Assembly: GCA_963794325.1 (NCBI GenBank)
Contig: CAWCDG010000004.1
Location: forward strand, 1,906,636-1,970,635
Source: an uncultured delta proteobacterium
GTDB taxonomy: Bacteria > Desulfobacterota > Binatia > Binatales > Binataceae
Length of the DNA stretch: 64,000 bases
Reading direction: 5' to 3'
Below are positions 17,651 to 27,460 of this stretch, piece after piece (position 1 is the first letter of the stretch; the number at the start of each line of letters is the position of its first letter). A program made the translations under genes and the position numbers. The notes under the pieces were generated by a model. It saw only the letters and a list, made by a program, of their open reading frames with translations, did no database searches and was not told where the DNA came from.

Positions 17651-19569
17651 CGGCCCATCACCAGGAACATGTAGTAGGCGACGATCCCCAACGCGCCGAG
17701 CAGGTAAACGAATGCGTAGTGCTGGACGTTGCCGGTCTCGGCGCGACGCGCGACCTGCCCTCCGGTCTCAACGGCCAGCCCGGTACCCTCGGCGGCGCCG
17801 TCGATCATGTAGGTGTCGATCGCGCGGTTGAGGACATTTTGCGAGATCCAGAACAGCGGCCGCGTGACGATGAGATTATACACTTCGTCGATGTAGTACT
17901 TATTGAGTAGCAAGTCGTAGGCAGGCTTGAGCCGCCACGCGAGCAGGAACGGAATCCCCGGCAAGCGAATGTACAAGATGTACGCAAACAGAATTCCGAT
18001 GATGGGAGCTGCGAGCGGCAGGGACCGGGAAATCGCACCTTCCTCGAGGATCGGTTTGAAGGTGCCGACGACGGGCGCGAGGAATCGCACGAACGCATTT
18101 CCCCACAGGATTCCGTCGGGAAGATTGACCCACCCGCCAACCGTCGCGAGAATAGCCAGTACGATTAACGGAATAGTCATTACAGCGGGCGATTCGTGGA
18201 TGTGATGTTCCTTGTCAGGTTCGACGCGCGAGTCGCCGAAGAACGTCATGAACATCAGCCGGAACATGTAGAACGACGTGAGCCCCGCGGTAATCACACC
18301 GAGAAACCAGAGCCACCAATGCCCGGATTCGTACGCGGCTTCGAGGATTAGGTCCTTGGAAAAATAACCGGAGAAAGGAGGCAGGGCCGAGATCGCGAGC
18401 GTCGCGATGAACATCGTCCAGAACGTGATCGGGATCTTGCGGCGCAATCCGCCCATCTTGTTCATGTCCTGCTCGCCGCCGAGCGCGTGAATCACTGAGC
18501 CGGCGCACAGGAACAGCAAGCCTTTGAAGAACGCATGCGTCATGACGTGGAAGATTCCCGACGTATACGCGCCCGAGCCGACGCCGAGAAACATGTAGCC
18601 GAGCTGGCTGATGGTCGAGTAGGCGAGCACTTTCTTGATGTCTGGCTGGACGATCGCGATAGTAGCCGCGAACAGCGCGGTCAACGTGCCAACCGTCGCA
18701 ACCAGATCGAGGGTGCTGGGCGCGAGCGTGAAAAGAAAACCGAGCCGCGCGACCATGTACACGCCGGCGGTGACCATCGTCGCCGCGTGGATCAGCGCGC
18801 TGACAGGAGTCGGGCCGACCATCGCATCGGGCAGCCATACGTAGAGCGGAATCTGCGCCGACTTGCCGGTCGCGCCAATGAAGAGAAGGAAGCATGCTGC
18901 GGTCGTGGCCGCTCCGCCGAGCAGCGCGGCATTGTTGTGAAGCTCGACGAAGTTGAGCGTCCAGACGCCGTGCGCGCCGAGCGTCCCGACGATCGTGAAC
19001 ATGCCGAGCAGAAAGCCCGCGTCACCAATTCGGTTGACGACGAATGCCTTGCGGCCGTTATAGGCGAACTGAGGATTAGTGTACCAAAATGCGATTAGCA
19101 AGTAGGAACATAGTCCGACGCCTTCCCACCCTACGAACATCATTAGTAAGTTGTCCGCAAGAATGAGTATCAACATCGATAGTGCGAACAGGTTCATGTA
19201 GGTAAAGTAGCGCGCGAAATCCTCGTCGTGCGCCATGTACCCGACTGAGTAAAGATGGATTAGTGCGCCGACCCCAGTGACTATCATCAGCATCACGCCG
19301 GATAGTGCGTCGACGCGCAGGCCCAGGTCGGCGTGAAAGCGGCCAGCCTCGATCCATCCCCATAAATGCATGGCGAGCGCGCCGCCTGGGGGCATCGCGA
19401 GCAGCTTCACAAATGCCCACGTCGCAACGCCGAATGCGGCGAACATCACGCCCGGACCGACGAGGTTGACTGCGGTGCGTCCCCATCTGGCGCCGAGGAA
19501 GAGGTTGAACACGACGCCGAGCGCGGGGAACAGCAGGATTAGCGAGAGTGCTGGAAACTCAACTGTCAT
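17647..19569 (-). CDS. nuoL: NADH-quinone oxidoreductase subunit L
   Basis: 640 aa. ND5/NuoL motifs (..FVGWEGVGLCSYLLIAFW.., ..WLPDAMVGPTPVSALIHAATMVTAGVY..). Confidence 0.9.
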   Translation of the reverse strand: MTVEFPALSLILLFPALGVVFNLFLGARWGRTAVNLVGPGVMFAAFGVATWAFVKLLAMPPGGALAMHLWGWIEAGRFHADLGLRVDALSGVMLMIVTGVGALIHLYSVGYMAHDEDFARYFTYMNLFALSMLILILADNLLMMFVGWEGVGLCSYLLIAFWYTNPQFAYNGRKAFVVNRIGDAGFLLGMFTIVGTLGAHGVWTLNFVELHNNAALLGGAATTAACFLLFIGATGKSAQIPLYVWLPDAMVGPTPVSALIHAATMVTAGVYMVARLGFLFTLAPSTLDLVATVGTLTALFAATIAIVQPDIKKVLAYSTISQLGYMFLGVGSGAYTSGIFHVMTHAFFKGLLFLCAGSVIHALGGEQDMNKMGGLRRKIPITFWTMFIATLAISALPPFSGYFSKDLILEAAYESGHWWLWFLGVITAGLTSFYMFRLMFMTFFGDSRVEPDKEHHIHESPAVMTIPLIVLAILATVGGWVNLPDGILWGNAFVRFLAPVVGTFKPILEEGAISRSLPLAAPIIGILFAYILYIRLPGIPFLLAWRLKPAYDLLLNKYYIDEVYNLIVTRPLFWISQNVLNRAIDTYMIDGAAEGTGLAVETGGQVARRAETGNVQHYAFVYLLGALGIVAYYMFLVMGR

Positions 19570-19593
19570 AGGCTATCTTTCACCAGTCACCAG

Positions 19594-19896
19594 TCACCAT
19601 CTCAGAAGCGTCAAATCGTCGGCATGGACGGTCCCGCGATTGCGGAAAACCGAGATGATGATTCCCAGACCAATCGCCGACTCCGCCGCCGCGACAGTCA
19701 TGACAAAGAAGACGATCACCTGACCGTCCATCGAGCCGAGCCGGCTGCCGAGCGCGATGAAAGTGAGATTTACCGCATTGAGCATCAGCTCGATCGACAT
19801 GAACATCACGATGATGTTGCGCCGAATGATCACGCCAGCAACGCCGATGGCGAAGATGATAGCGCTCAGCGACATCATGTAGTTCAGCGGAATCAT
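19594..19896 (-). CDS. nuoK: NADH-quinone oxidoreductase subunit K
   Basis: 100 aa: MIPLNYMMSLSAIIFAIGVAGV..MSIELMLNAVNLTF..AAAESAIGLGI.. The ATG at 19896 overlaps the nuoJ stop (ATGA). The track ORF to 20217 is an upstream over-extension. Confidence 0.9.
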   Translation of the reverse strand: MIPLNYMMSLSAIIFAIGVAGVIIRRNIIVMFMSIELMLNAVNLTFIALGSRLGSMDGQVIVFFVMTVAAAESAIGLGIIISVFRNRGTVHADDLTLLRW

Positions 19897-20432
19897 GATG
19901 CGAGCTTCTCCAGGGCGCGCTCGCGATCCTCGGCCGTGACCGGCAGCCGCCGCGCGAGCGCGATCGAGCCGACCACCGCGGCCAGCAGCAGCACCGAGGT
20001 CACCTCGAAAGCGACAAGGTAATCGGTGAACAGCTTGCCCGCGAGACTCGCGAGCGAACCGTAGCCCGCGGGCTCGTGCGTGAACTTCACCTGCATGCGG
20101 ACGGGCGTGAGGATGAAAAACAACTCGGTCACGAGCAACGCAGCCGCGAGCGAGCCGAAAGCCTTTAGCGCGAGATGGCCGGTCGGTCCGGTTTCGACTT
20201 GAAGATTCAAGAGCCAAATCACGAACAGAAACAGAACCATGATCGCGCCGGCGTAAACGATGATTTGCAGGAAGCCGACGACAACGGCGTCCTCGCCGAT
20301 GAACAGAATCGCGATGATCAAGAGCGTCGAGATCAGCGCCAGCAGCGAGTGAATCGGATTGCGCTGGACGATCACGCCGAGCGCCGAGACGATCGCCAAC
20401 GCGCCGAGAAAGATGTAGAGGAACGGCGGCAT
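19893..20432 (-). CDS. nuoJ: NADH-quinone oxidoreductase subunit J
   Basis: 179 aa: MPPFLYIFLGALAIVSALGVIVQRNPIHSLL..IIVYAGAIMVLFLFVIW.. The start at 20432 abuts the nuoH stop. Confidence 0.85.
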   Translation of the reverse strand: MPPFLYIFLGALAIVSALGVIVQRNPIHSLLALISTLLIIAILFIGEDAVVVGFLQIIVYAGAIMVLFLFVIWLLNLQVETGPTGHLALKAFGSLAAALLVTELFFILTPVRMQVKFTHEPAGYGSLASLAGKLFTDYLVAFEVTSVLLLAAVVGSIALARRLPVTAEDRERALEKLAS

Positions 20433-21550
20433 CAGTGGACTCTCCCGGTTGCGAGCACGACGAAGAATGCGGTCAGCAGCACGTTGAGCAGGCCGAGCGG
20501 CACCAGCCCCTTCCATCCCAGGTGCATCAACTGATCGTAGCGGAAGCGCGGCAGGGTCCATCGCACCATGCCGAGGAAGATGCACAGCGCGACGACCTTC
20601 ACCAGGAATGCGACGACGCCGAGAATCGAGACGGCGAGTGCGGGAACCGCGAGGAATGCGCCGCCCGGCAGATGAAATCCGTCGCGCATGAGCCATGGAA
20701 TTTGCCATCCGCCGAGGAAAAACGTCGTGAGTAGCATCGCGACGAGTGCTTGCTCGGCGAAATCGGTGAGCATGAAGACCGCCTGCTTGCCGCCGGAGTA
20801 CTCGGTGAAATAGCCCTGGATCAATTCGGAGTCAGCCTCTGGCAGGTCGAAGGGGATGCGCTTGGATTCCGCGGCGCCCGCCACCAGCAGGAGAATGAAG
20901 GCGAGCGGCTGCATGAAAATTCCCCATCGCGGCAGAAATCCGAACCATACGCCGCCTTGCCCGCGCACGATTTCCTGCAAGTTCAGCGTGCCGAAGGTCA
21001 TGATGACCGACACGATCGCGAGGCCCATCGCGAGCTCGTACGAGATCATCTGCGCGGTCGCGCGAATCCCGCCGAGCAGGGCCCATCGATTGTTCGACGA
21101 CCATCCTGCGAGCGCGACGCCGTACACGCCGAGTCCGATCGTCGCGAGCAGATAGAGTGCGCCGGAGTTGAGGTTGGCGGCCTCGAGCCCGATGCGATGA
21201 CCGCCGATCGAAATCGTGTCGCCGAAAGGGATCACAACGAAGGTGATCATCACCGGGAACAGCGCGAGGAACGGCGCGAGCGTGTGCAAAAATTTGTCGG
21301 CGCCGTCCGGCACGAAATCTTCCTTGGTGAACATTTTTACCGGGTCGGCGATGGTGGTGTTGATGATGCCGAGGTTGGGCATCCCCATGCGCTTGCCGAG
21401 GCCGGTGATGGTGACGCGATTCGAGCCGATGCGATCCTGGATGAGCGCGCTGCCTTTGCGCTCGAAGTAGAGCAGGAACAGCGACAGGTTCAATCCGAGC
21501 ACGATCATCAGGATCGCTTTGATCGCGCCGGCGATTAATTCAATTGTCAC
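20432..21550 (-). CDS. nuoH: NADH-quinone oxidoreductase subunit H
   Basis: ND1/NuoH motifs (..YFERKGSALIQDRIGSNRV.., ..AGWSSNNRWALLGGIRATAQMISYELAMGL.., ..ESKRIPFDLPEADSELIQGYFTEYSG..). The start is uncertain: I prefer GTG 21550 (11-nt overlap with nuoE) over ATG 21613 (74-nt overlap). Confidence 0.85.
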   Translation of the reverse strand: MTIELIAGAIKAILMIVLGLNLSLFLLYFERKGSALIQDRIGSNRVTITGLGKRMGMPNLGIINTTIADPVKMFTKEDFVPDGADKFLHTLAPFLALFPVMITFVVIPFGDTISIGGHRIGLEAANLNSGALYLLATIGLGVYGVALAGWSSNNRWALLGGIRATAQMISYELAMGLAIVSVIMTFGTLNLQEIVRGQGGVWFGFLPRWGIFMQPLAFILLLVAGAAESKRIPFDLPEADSELIQGYFTEYSGGKQAVFMLTDFAEQALVAMLLTTFFLGGWQIPWLMRDGFHLPGGAFLAVPALAVSILGVVAFLVKVVALCIFLGMVRWTLPRFRYDQLMHLGWKGLVPLGLLNVLLTAFFVVLATGRVH

Positions 21551-22040
21551 GTGCGGCAAGCTCGTCGATAAGTTTGAGGGTGCTTTCTTCGGTGAGATTT
21601 TCGACGAAGGCATCCTGATTGAGCTGGAGCATCGGCGCGGTCCCGCACGATGCGAGGCATTCGACCGAGCCGAGAGTGAACTTACCGTCGGGCGTGGTCT
21701 CGCCCATCTCGATTTTCAATTTGCGCCGGATGCAGTCCACGATTTTGTCGGCACCACGCAGCCGACACGAAAGATTTGTGCAAACGTCGAGCAGGTAGCG
21801 GCCGACCGGCTTGCGATGGAACATCGTGTAGAACGAGACCACCGCGCGCACGTGTGCGGGCGGCAATTCCATCAGGCGCGCGACGTAATCCTGGGTCGCG
21901 TCGCTCAGCCATCCGAATTCGCGCTGCGCGATCCACAGGGTCGGGAGCAGCGCGGCCTGGCGCGTCGGATAGCGGCCGAGCAGTTGGCGGTACTCGTCGA
22001 GCGCTGCGTCGGAAAACCTGGGTTGATCGTTCTCGGGCAT
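21540..22040 (-). CDS. nuoE: NADH-quinone oxidoreductase subunit E (24-kDa [2Fe-2S] subunit)
   Basis: 166 aa. ..YPTRQAALLPTLWIAQREFGWL..VVSFYTMF..LDVCTNLSCRLRGA..VECLASCGTAPMLQLN.. contains the four Cys ligands. Confidence 0.85.
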   Translation of the reverse strand: MPENDQPRFSDAALDEYRQLLGRYPTRQAALLPTLWIAQREFGWLSDATQDYVARLMELPPAHVRAVVSFYTMFHRKPVGRYLLDVCTNLSCRLRGADKIVDCIRRKLKIEMGETTPDGKFTLGSVECLASCGTAPMLQLNQDAFVENLTEESTLKLIDELAARDN

Positions 22041-22284
22041 GGCAGAAGTATTACAGGGCCTTCAACGTCAGAGTTCTGGAGTTCGGGAATTCTAATGATT
22101 GGTAGCGAAAATTTCGTCAATCCGCCAGAGGCACGAGAGTCATATAGCGGTTCGCGAACTTGCGAGGCCGGCTAGAAGGGGTTATCTATCGTCCGCGAGT
22201 TCGAGGCAAGAGGGCTTGAGCGGTTCGGATCGAAAAGCGGCGCTGGTTGATTCGAGCTATATGCATCTCGAAAATACTTACGCG

Positions 22285-22866
22285 ATGCGAATTATTGCGG
22301 GACACGCTCACGGCAGACGGCTCAAGGCGCCGCGCGGTTTGCATACGCGGCCGACGTCGGCGCGGGCGCGCGAGTCGATATTTTCGCGGCTCGCGGTGCG
22401 GATGGATCTCGAGGGGGTGCGGGTGCTCGACATTTTCGCCGGCAGCGGTTCGCTTGGAATCGAGTCGCTTTCGCGCGGTGCCGCGCACGTGACGTTTGTG
22501 GATTCGTCACGCGAAGCGGCGACGGCGATTCGCGCCAATCTTGCACAGCTCGAACTCTCCGATCGGGCGAGACTGGTCGTGTCCGATGTGCATCGCGCGC
22601 TGGGCGAACTCAGACGCTCGCGCGATTCTTTCGGTCTGGTTTTCGTTGACGCGCCGTTCAAGAACGACATTAGTGCTGACGTTCTTGCGGAGCTTGGTGA
22701 ATTCAATCTCGTCGCACCCGGCGGATGGGTGGTAGTCGAACAATCGAAGCGCGCACCCGCGGCGCCGCCCGCTCCTGAAGCCCACGAGCGCGTGTTGGTT
22801 GCAACCCTCGGCGATCATCGGATCGCCTTTTACCGGCGACCGAATTCGGCGCCGAGTGCAGATTGA
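22285..22866 (+). CDS. rsmD: 16S rRNA (guanine966-N2)-methyltransferase RsmD
   Basis: MRIIAGHAHGRRLKAPRGLHTRPTSARARESIFS..VLDIFAGSGSLGIESLSRGAAHVTFVD..FVDAPF. The start is the Met at 22285 inside the longer track ORF. Confidence 0.85.
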   Translation: MRIIAGHAHGRRLKAPRGLHTRPTSARARESIFSRLAVRMDLEGVRVLDIFAGSGSLGIESLSRGAAHVTFVDSSREAATAIRANLAQLELSDRARLVVSDVHRALGELRRSRDSFGLVFVDAPFKNDISADVLAELGEFNLVAPGGWVVVEQSKRAPAAPPAPEAHERVLVATLGDHRIAFYRRPNSAPSAD

Positions 22867-22879
22867 CGGTTTCAATAGA

Positions 22880-23392
22880 ATGACAAAAGGCAAAGAGCGC
22901 ACCCCTTTGATCGCGGTTTACCCGGGCAGCTTCGACCCGATTCATAACGGGCACGTCGACGTAATCCGGCGCAGCGTGGCGATTTTCGACGAGGTGATCG
23001 TCGCGGTCACGTACAATCCGCACAAGGATGCGGCGCTGTTTTCGGGCGACGAGCGCGTCGAGATAATTCGCGAGGTGATCCGCGACCTCGAGCCGCGCGC
23101 GCGGGTGGACAAGTTCAGCGGGCTGTCGGTCGATTACGCGGAACGAATCGGTGCCAAGGTTTTGATCCGATCGCTGCGAGCAGTGACGGATTTTGATTAC
23201 GAACTGCAGATGGCGCAGATGAACAAAACGATGAGCCCGAATGTCGAGACGGTTTTTATGTTCTCGAATCCGCGGCTGTTCTTCAGCTCGTCGCACCTGA
23301 TCAAGGAAGTCGCGGGGTACGGGAAGCGTCTGCCGGAACTGGTGCCGGAACTGGTGGCCGAGCGGCTGCGCGCAAAGCTGAAAGTCGGTTAG
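22880..23392 (+). CDS. coaD: phosphopantetheine adenylyltransferase
   Basis: ..IAVYPGSFDPIHNGHVDVIRRS..VAVTYNPHK..VLIRSLRAVTDFDYELQMAQMN.. Start at ATG 22880. Confidence 0.9.
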   Translation: MTKGKERTPLIAVYPGSFDPIHNGHVDVIRRSVAIFDEVIVAVTYNPHKDAALFSGDERVEIIREVIRDLEPRARVDKFSGLSVDYAERIGAKVLIRSLRAVTDFDYELQMAQMNKTMSPNVETVFMFSNPRLFFSSSHLIKEVAGYGKRLPELVPELVAERLRAKLKVG

Positions 23393-23491
23393 GCGATTAG
23401 GACCGCGTCTCGCTCCGATATTTTTCCGATTCCCCTTCTCCTTGGGGAACGGGTCATGGGTTAGGTTGGCTCATCCATCGACGCTGTACTC

Positions 23492-25468
23492 TTACCTCCG
23501 CCGCACCCTGCGCCGGACGCCATGGCCCGGGGTCGGGATCTGACTGCCGACGATCGCATTGGTGATGTCGAAGCATTGAGTATTGCCATCGGTATTGCCG
23601 AGTATCAGCGAAAAAGGTCCATCGCCCAAGGGCGTGGAATCGATGCCTGCGATCTCCAGGTTGAGAGTCCACTCACCGCACGCCGGCGGCGCTGGCTTCG
23701 GCAGCTCGACCATCCGGGCAGATAAGGTGCCCGGCGGAAACGAACTGAACAGAGTTCCGTAGCTCTCACCGTTGATGGTGTGCATTACCCAGGGATGCAG
23801 AAAGTATTCCAAAGAAGCATGGTCATGGACCGCACAGGTTCCTGATTCAAAAACCACCATGAAGCCGTTGAATGCATCGGTGCCCGCGTCGCAGGTCGGG
23901 AAACCATTTTCCGTGAAGGTCAGCGCCGTGGTGATCTGATCCGCATACGGCTTGGACGAGCGGGCTATCTGCACCCGTTCATCGTTCAGCCCGAAGGCGG
24001 GCGGCGTCGGCGTCGCGGTCGGCGTCGCTGTGGCAGTTGCGGTTGCGGTCGCTGTGGCGGTTGCCGTCGGAGTCGCAGTCGCCGTGGCAGTAGCGGTGGC
24101 CGTGGCGGTAGCGGTGGCCGTGGCAGTTGCAGTGGCGGTCGCAGTCGCCGTTGCAGTCGGCGTGGGTCCCTGCAACTCGAACGCACCTATGTCGCAGTTC
24201 CCGCCGGCGCCATCTTCGGGATCGGGCCGAGGCTCGCCGCGCTGGTCGCAGGTCAGCTGGAGGGACGACGAAGTTGTGCACGGGTTCAACGTTCCCGAAG
24301 GATAGGTGCACGCAGCGAACGGGATATAGTCGATAGCCGGGCTGAGGATCGGGGAAGTTTCGAGCGCGATAGTCTCGGTCGGCCCGCCGTTCATATGAAG
24401 TCCCGTGGGATCGAGACCGACGGCGCTGGTCGGTGTTACGACCATGTTGCCGTTGGTGCCGTTGGTGAAGCAGGTGCCGTCATCGGCGAGGTTGTAACCG
24501 CCGTCGGTGATGACTGTGCCGTTTGAGGCGCCGCAATTGCCGCCGGTGCTGCCCGCCAAAATGGTGCTCTTGAGACTATTGGGGCCAGGGCCACCCTCAA
24601 TGTATATGGCGCCGCCGCTACTGCCGGCGCCGGGGGTGGCGTGGTTGCCCGAAAAAGTACTGCTGCCAACAATCACCGAGTCATCATACGAATAGATGGC
24701 ACCGCCTCTGCCGACGCCGTCCGTACCGCCGCCGGTGGCCTGGTTGTCAGAAAACGTGCTGTTGGTGATGGTCATCGGCGAGCCGTCATAGATGGCGCCG
24801 CCTTGGCCTGCTCCGCCGCCGTTGGGGCCGGCGCCGCCGGTGGCCTGGTTACCCGAAAACGTGCTGTTGGTGACGGTCAACGGGAAGCCGCCCCAGATGG
24901 CGCCGCCCTGGGCGAAGCCGCCGAACATGCTGCCGGCGCCGCCGGTGGCCTGGTTGTCAGAAAACGTGCAGTTGGTGACGCTTAGCTTGCCGAAGCTAGT
25001 AATGGCGCCGCCCATTACGGAGCCGCCGAAGGTGCCGACGCTGGCGCCGGTCATGCTTCCGTGGGCCAAGGTCAGGTTTTGCAGGTTGAGCACGGCGCTG
25101 AAGTTCACATCGAAAATTTGAAACGAGCTGGCGCCATCCACCGTTATGGCGTGTCCACTGCCATCGATCGTCAGACTCTCTGGTGATGTGTTCGCGATCA
25201 CAGGCAGCAAGCTGCCCAGCGTGATCGTACCGCTGACGCTGAATACGATCGAGTCGGTGCCGGTCCCGCCTGTGCAGTTGGTCGAGCCCGACTGGTTTTT
25301 CCCGTTGGCGTTTGTGATCGCGTCGCGCAGATCGCAGGTACCGCCAACCCCCGGATCGCCAACTGTGTTGACCGTGATCGTCGCCGCCCGCAACACCCGC
25401 GGCATCGCGATCAACAAAGAGAACAACACAACTCCGCCAAGCGCCAAGCGCCACTTCCGATCCGCCAT
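23492..25468 (-). CDS. secreted parallel beta-helix protein (choice-of-anchor-Q/CSLREA-type N-terminus) with (Thr-Ala)n linker and unknown C-domain
   Basis: 658 aa. Signal peptide (MADRKWRLALGGVVLFSLLIAMPRVLRAA). ITVNTVGDPGVGGTCDLRDAITNAN motif. Repeated GGAI..G.L(T/S)(V/I)TNSTFS(G/D)NQATGG units. A 55-aa (TA)n linker. A Cys-containing C-domain ending RRRVRRR. Confidence 0.8.
   Translation of the reverse strand: MADRKWRLALGGVVLFSLLIAMPRVLRAATITVNTVGDPGVGGTCDLRDAITNANGKNQSGSTNCTGGTGTDSIVFSVSGTITLGSLLPVIANTSPESLTIDGSGHAITVDGASSFQIFDVNFSAVLNLQNLTLAHGSMTGASVGTFGGSVMGGAITSFGKLSVTNCTFSDNQATGGAGSMFGGFAQGGAIWGGFPLTVTNSTFSGNQATGGAGPNGGGAGQGGAIYDGSPMTITNSTFSDNQATGGGTDGVGRGGAIYSYDDSVIVGSSTFSGNHATPGAGSSGGAIYIEGGPGPNSLKSTILAGSTGGNCGASNGTVITDGGYNLADDGTCFTNGTNGNMVVTPTSAVGLDPTGLHMNGGPTETIALETSPILSPAIDYIPFAACTYPSGTLNPCTTSSSLQLTCDQRGEPRPDPEDGAGGNCDIGAFELQGPTPTATATATATATATATATATATATATATATPTATATATATATATATPTATPTPPAFGLNDERVQIARSSKPYADQITTALTFTENGFPTCDAGTDAFNGFMVVFESGTCAVHDHASLEYFLHPWVMHTINGESYGTLFSSFPPGTLSARMVELPKPAPPACGEWTLNLEIAGIDSTPLGDGPFSLILGNTDGNTQCFDITNAIVGSQIPTPGHGVRRRVRRR
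23998..24168 (-). repeat. in-frame (Thr-Ala)n linker repeat (degenerate hexanucleotide)
   Basis: Encodes PTPTATATATATATATATATATATATATATATPTATATATATATATATPTATPTPP on the minus strand. Confidence 0.9.
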
Positions 25469-25734
25469 CGATCCCTCCCCAGCGGCGCTTTCGGCCGCGT
25501 CGGCAAGTCCTGACCGGCAGGCTGTCTCAGGAAAGCCGCGCTAACTGTCCCATCGCGTCAATGTACTGTCAATAAAACGAGTGACGAAGCAACCAAACGC
25601 GCCAGAACGAAATGCCATCGACAGCCGGCGAGCAATCATTTGTGCCGCCGCCCCGCGCGGACAACGATTGTCATCAGCTTTAGGACAAAGTTTCCCTTGC
25701 CTCACGCCATCTAGCGTGGCTATCTCCTAGACCA

Positions 25735-26934
25735 ATGTTGAAGCTCAATCGCAGAATCGCCGCAATCAAACCGTCCGCTACGTTGGCTGCCGATGCGCGC
25801 GCCACTGAGATGAAGCTCGCGGGAATCGACGTGATCTCGCTGGCTGCCGGCGAGCCCGACTTTGACACTCCCGAGCACATCAAGAAGGCGGCGGACAAAG
25901 CGCTCGCCGCGGGGCAAACGAAATACACGGCCGTCGGCGGGACCGCGGCGCTTAAGAATGCGATCAAGCTGAAGCTCAAGCGCGACAATAACCTCGACTA
26001 CGAACCGGCCGAGATAATCGCGTCGGCAGGATGCAAGCAGGCCGAGGCCAACGTGATCAACGCGCTGTTCGACGAAGGCGACGAGGTGATCATCCCGACG
26101 CCGGCATGGGTGAGTTTTGCCGCGATGGTATCGCTGTCGGGCGCCGAGGCGAAGTTCGTGCCGTGCTCCGAAGCGTCGGGCTTTATGCTCGAGCCCGAGG
26201 CATTGCGCCGCGCGATCACGCCGCGCACCCGCGGCATCATGCTCAACTCGCCCTCGAATCCGACCGGCGCCGTGTACGGCCCCGAACAGCTCACCGCGAT
26301 CGCGCGCGTGCTGGTCGATACCGACCTCTGGGTGATGTCCGACGACGTTTACGAGCACATCGCGTACGGTGAGTTCGCGCCGCACTTGTTCCATATCGAG
26401 CCGCGGCTCAAGTCCCATGGCATCGTGTTCAATTCGTTGTCGAAAACTTACGCGATGACCGGATGGCGGATCGGATTTGCGGCCGGGCCGAAAGAAGCGA
26501 TCGCAGCGGCCGGCCGCTTGCAGAGCCAGAACAGCGGCAACCCCAATTCGATCACGCAAGCCGCGGCAATCGAGGCGCTGACCGGACCGCAGGACGCACT
26601 CAAGCCGATGCTCGAGGCGTTTCGCGAGCGCAACGCGCTGGTGGTCGAGCGTGTGCGCCGCATCCCGGGCTTCAAGCTACCGAACGTGCCGCAGGGCGCG
26701 TTTTATGCGTTTCCAAATGTGTCGGAATTGATCGGCAGCCATTCTGGCGACAAGAAAATCACCGACGGCGACACGCTCGCGGCGTTTCTGCTCGACGAGG
26801 CGCACGTCTCGCTGGTCGGCGGCAACGACTTCGGCGCGCCGAATCACGTCAGGCTGTCGTACGCCACTTCGAAGAAGAATCTGAATGAGGCATTCGATCG
26901 CATCGAGCGCGCTGTCGCGAAGCTCAAGCGTTAG
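25735..26934 (+). CDS. class I pyridoxal-phosphate-dependent aminotransferase (aspartate aminotransferase-like)
   Basis: 399 aa. ..ISLAAGEPDFDTPEHIK..YTAVGGTAALKNAI..NSPSNPTGAVY..FNSLSKTYAMTGWRIGF.. contains the PLP-lysine motif. Confidence 0.85.
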   Translation: MLKLNRRIAAIKPSATLAADARATEMKLAGIDVISLAAGEPDFDTPEHIKKAADKALAAGQTKYTAVGGTAALKNAIKLKLKRDNNLDYEPAEIIASAGCKQAEANVINALFDEGDEVIIPTPAWVSFAAMVSLSGAEAKFVPCSEASGFMLEPEALRRAITPRTRGIMLNSPSNPTGAVYGPEQLTAIARVLVDTDLWVMSDDVYEHIAYGEFAPHLFHIEPRLKSHGIVFNSLSKTYAMTGWRIGFAAGPKEAIAAAGRLQSQNSGNPNSITQAAAIEALTGPQDALKPMLEAFRERNALVVERVRRIPGFKLPNVPQGAFYAFPNVSELIGSHSGDKKITDGDTLAAFLLDEAHVSLVGGNDFGAPNHVRLSYATSKKNLNEAFDRIERAVAKLKR

Positions 26935-27362
26935 CGCTTCCGCCACGGAGCGGGAAATTCTCCAGTCTCGAGCCAGTGCACGTAGTCGGTGAGAAGCTCC
27001 GCGTGATCGAAGGCGAGCGGAGCCGGCGGGTTGCGCGGATCGCAGAGCGCGGCGCTCTTGGCGTCGTCGGCGCCGCGCGGCGTCCCCGATGCGCGCGCGA
27101 CATACACCACGGTGATCGTCTGCCCGCGCGGATCGCGATCGGGCCGCGAGTACACGCCCAGCAGGGCGCGGAGCTGAACCTCGAGCGAAATCTCCTCGCG
27201 CGCCTCGCGCACCGCCGCAGCTTCGACGGTCTCGCCGAAATCGACGAAGCCGCCGGGAATGGCCCATCCCAGCGGAAAATTCTTGCGCTCGATCAAAACG
27301 ATTTTGTCGCCAATCTCGGTAATTATATCGGCGGCTATCGGAGGACATTTCGGCCGTGGCAT
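26931..27362 (-). CDS. NUDIX hydrolase
   Basis: 143 aa with a Nudix box (GGFVDFGETVEAAAVREAREEISLEV). Confidence 0.85.
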   Translation of the reverse strand: MPRPKCPPIAADIITEIGDKIVLIERKNFPLGWAIPGGFVDFGETVEAAAVREAREEISLEVQLRALLGVYSRPDRDPRGQTITVVYVARASGTPRGADDAKSAALCDPRNPPAPLAFDHAELLTDYVHWLETGEFPAPWRKR

Positions 27363-27460
27363 GATGCGATTCTAACAGATCGTCCGCGCAGCGCAGCCTG
27401 CTGCCTCTCTGCGAGGTAGGATTGACAAGGGCGCGCGTGACACACAAAGTTTCAACACCT

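Noticed and set aside
14607-21538. Numerous + strand ORFs (e.g. 16634..17392, 18535..19098, 20750..21538) opposite the nuo genes.
   Set aside because: Their translations are biased toward Arg, Asp, Glu and His and are antisense to well-supported membrane subunits. They are spurious GC-driven ORFs.
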